From Folioceros fuciformis (lineage: Eukaryota), in assembly GCA_049999805.1 (NCBI GenBank), contig JBNGIO010006379.1, forward strand, positions 487,350-551,349: a stretch of DNA of 64,000 nucleotides. The letters run 5' to 3'. Under the pieces are notes generated by a model, which searched no databases, had not been told where the DNA came from, and saw only the letters and a program-made list of their open reading frames with translations. Position 1 is the first letter of the stretch. Each line of letters starts with the position of its first letter. Shown here one piece after another: positions 61,819 through 64,000 of this stretch. The position numbers were made by a program, and so were the translations under genes.

Positions 61819-64000
61819 TGATGTAAGCACACCTCGGGTGTACAGGCATGCTGGCTTCGCTCCTTTCCGGACAAAAATCCTGTGATTACCGCTCAGCTTA
61901 ACATTGGATCCCCTGTTCTCATACATACTGAAAAAGAACACAAGTCTCAAGCTTAGGCGACTGCGTCCAGTTACTTGGTCTCGGAAGTGAGGAAAAGCAG
62001 AGCACGAGCGCAAAAAGCTTGGAATTGACGGCCACCGCGTCATCGGATCCCTGATGCACTTATACTAAGAAGCGCAGACCTCAAGCTTACGCATCTATGC
62101 CCAGTTACGTCTTCTTGAAAGTGAGAAAAGCAAAGCTTAGGAAGTTGTGCAATCATAATGCGGCTGGAACAGGGTTCTTGGGATTCCTCAACAATGCAAG
62201 CAAGCCTCAAACCCCAGAGATGACACATTCGGTAAGGCAGTTCGTCATGCTAGCCACCCATGCAGGCACGAGATGAATCCCCTAGGTTACACGTTCCTTG
62301 TAGGGAAGCTGGCCCAGTCTGCTATCAGTCATAACTCAAGCACAAATGCCTCAGAACCCGATCGAGAACTCCGCAGCACGCATGCCAACAAAGAGAGAGA
62401 GACAATGGGCATGGATTACTTGGCCACTCGTCGACGCTGGGGCAGTGGGGATGCTTTCACTTTGCCTGGTAACGGTGTAGTCAATAGCTTCCTGTGGCCG
62501 ATGAGGCCACAATCCCCGCGTGCCTCGGGAATCTCTGCGGGCTGCAGCCTGCCAAGGTCATGTCTGTCCATTCAGGAATCCCAGAAGATCACATAATGGC
62601 AGCTGTTGATGCCGTGGTGAGAAGCAGGTGGACAGAGGCGGATTTGCAACGTGCATATCTAGCCCAACGAACTACATACAATATATGTATGTATGTACAA
62701 GGTGTGGACAAAAATGGCGTTTGTGAGCCGAGAAGGCGTGGTAAGATGTAAGACGGGTTTGGTGAAACGATAGGAGCATTCTTGTCCGCCCCCTTGGCCA
62801 GACTGGGTGCTTGACTGCACACGGGGCAAAGTGCCCACCCATCCGGTCCAACATGCAAAACGGAATGCCAGCACCAGACGCCGTTGACAAGCAATGGCAG
62901 GGAGTCCTGACGCACAGCTTTGCACTGCGTGTCACGGCATCAGCAACGTCACCTTTCTCCTTGTCACCGCGCACAACTGGGTACACTTGATATTCTATGA
63001 TTTGGCAGCAGCAGAGGCTGTGTGAGCTGTAGTTGTGGCAGTGCAGCTAGCTGCTACAGTATGTACATCTGCAGTTCGGACAGTGTAGGTCACCTCATGA
63101 TGTGAGAGAGAGCGACTTCTTGAACGGGCCACGGCCCACAACAAAAGCTTGCATCTGCCTCGCAGGTAACGTCATAATAGGGGTTGTAGGTACGCTATTC
63201 CCAGTCCAACCACTCCAAGGCCGACAGCACAGGATGGTAAGGGCAACCGAGGGGATGGATCATGGTGAGCAGTACTTGCCCTTCTCCTTCCCCTTCGAGG
63301 CATTGCCAACCCAACATGCCGCAGTGCTGTGCAAGCTACTCGAGCCCGCATGCAAGTGTGGCACATGCGAAGCCTGTGAAGAGGAAGGGACAGGCTCGAT
63401 CAACGGCAAAGGCAAGCTGGAGTGTGGAGTCAGGAGCACGGCATCGCCACATGCTCACAAGCTCCTCATGGCCCATATAGCACATCATACTGTGGAAGTA
63501 CATCCCGCGTAATGTGTGTGGCTTCTGCATCCAGCAGCTCTTTTCCGGGTACTGTAGATGGGTTTCCATCCCTTGTTTATAATAAAGTGTGTCCATTTTT
63601 TCCAACCAGCAGCTCCGTTGCTTCTGCGGATAGATTGCTGGGGTCTACTGGATACATGCATACCTACAGTGCAGAGCTTCTGGTGTGGGAGTCCGGACGC
63701 GTGGGAAGTGACAAGCTCGCTCAACGGATCTGGTCCCACCTGTGCCACCCCCGACTCGATGCGCTTCCTGGCCTGGATCCACAAACCGACAAAGTTCGTT
63801 GAAAGTTAATCGAAAAAACATAAGTGCAAAATTACATTTTACCACATTTTATATAATGGCGATGCAGCTGTCCAGCTGCCATAGCCTGTTGTGTAGTGAT
63901 CGCTACGCAGGCCTCTATAAAGGGTAAAGGGAAGCCGACAAACTGCCATGCGGAAAGGAGATAGCACAGCTAGCTCGTGTGCAAAATGCATCACGCATAC

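Overview
Eukaryotic plant nuclear DNA from a compact genome: short GT-AG introns, GC-rich genes, and several 100-N and 10-N scaffold gaps. An OFD1-like basal-body gene and a Ure2p/Nu-type GST point to a non-seed (flagellate-sperm) land plant; this is inference and the species cannot be fixed. Apparently intact genes: peroxisomal APX, NPL4-like, NADH-cytochrome b5 reductase, an AT-rich OTU4-like deubiquitinase, a small plastid membrane protein, a DUF579 polysaccharide methyltransferase-like gene, a C2/class-3 lipase, exocyst SEC6, a GST, a double B-box + DUF2786-type protein (interrupted by a gap), a SMOS1/At2g41710-clade AP2 factor, a CCR/DFR-like reductase and OFD1-like. Degraded genes: a frameshifted barwin/PR-4 and a NAC-alpha 3' fragment. 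Mobile DNA: three decayed Ty1/Copia elements, a MULE-like transposase relic and an AT-rich minisatellite island (about 15.5-25.3 kb). Most notable observations: (1) a plant B-box zinc-finger pair fused to a microbial/fungal-type DUF2786 module, tail-to-tail with a bacterial-type GST; (2) three normally intron-rich genes (lipase, SEC6, AP2) fully intronless within 17 kb while neighbours keep their introns; (3) an intact membrane-anchored OTU ORF inside TE-like DNA; (4) a Copia with non-canonical TG...TA LTR ends and a nearby templated insertion flanked by an 82-bp duplication. All family assignments come from motif recognition by eye; no database search was run.
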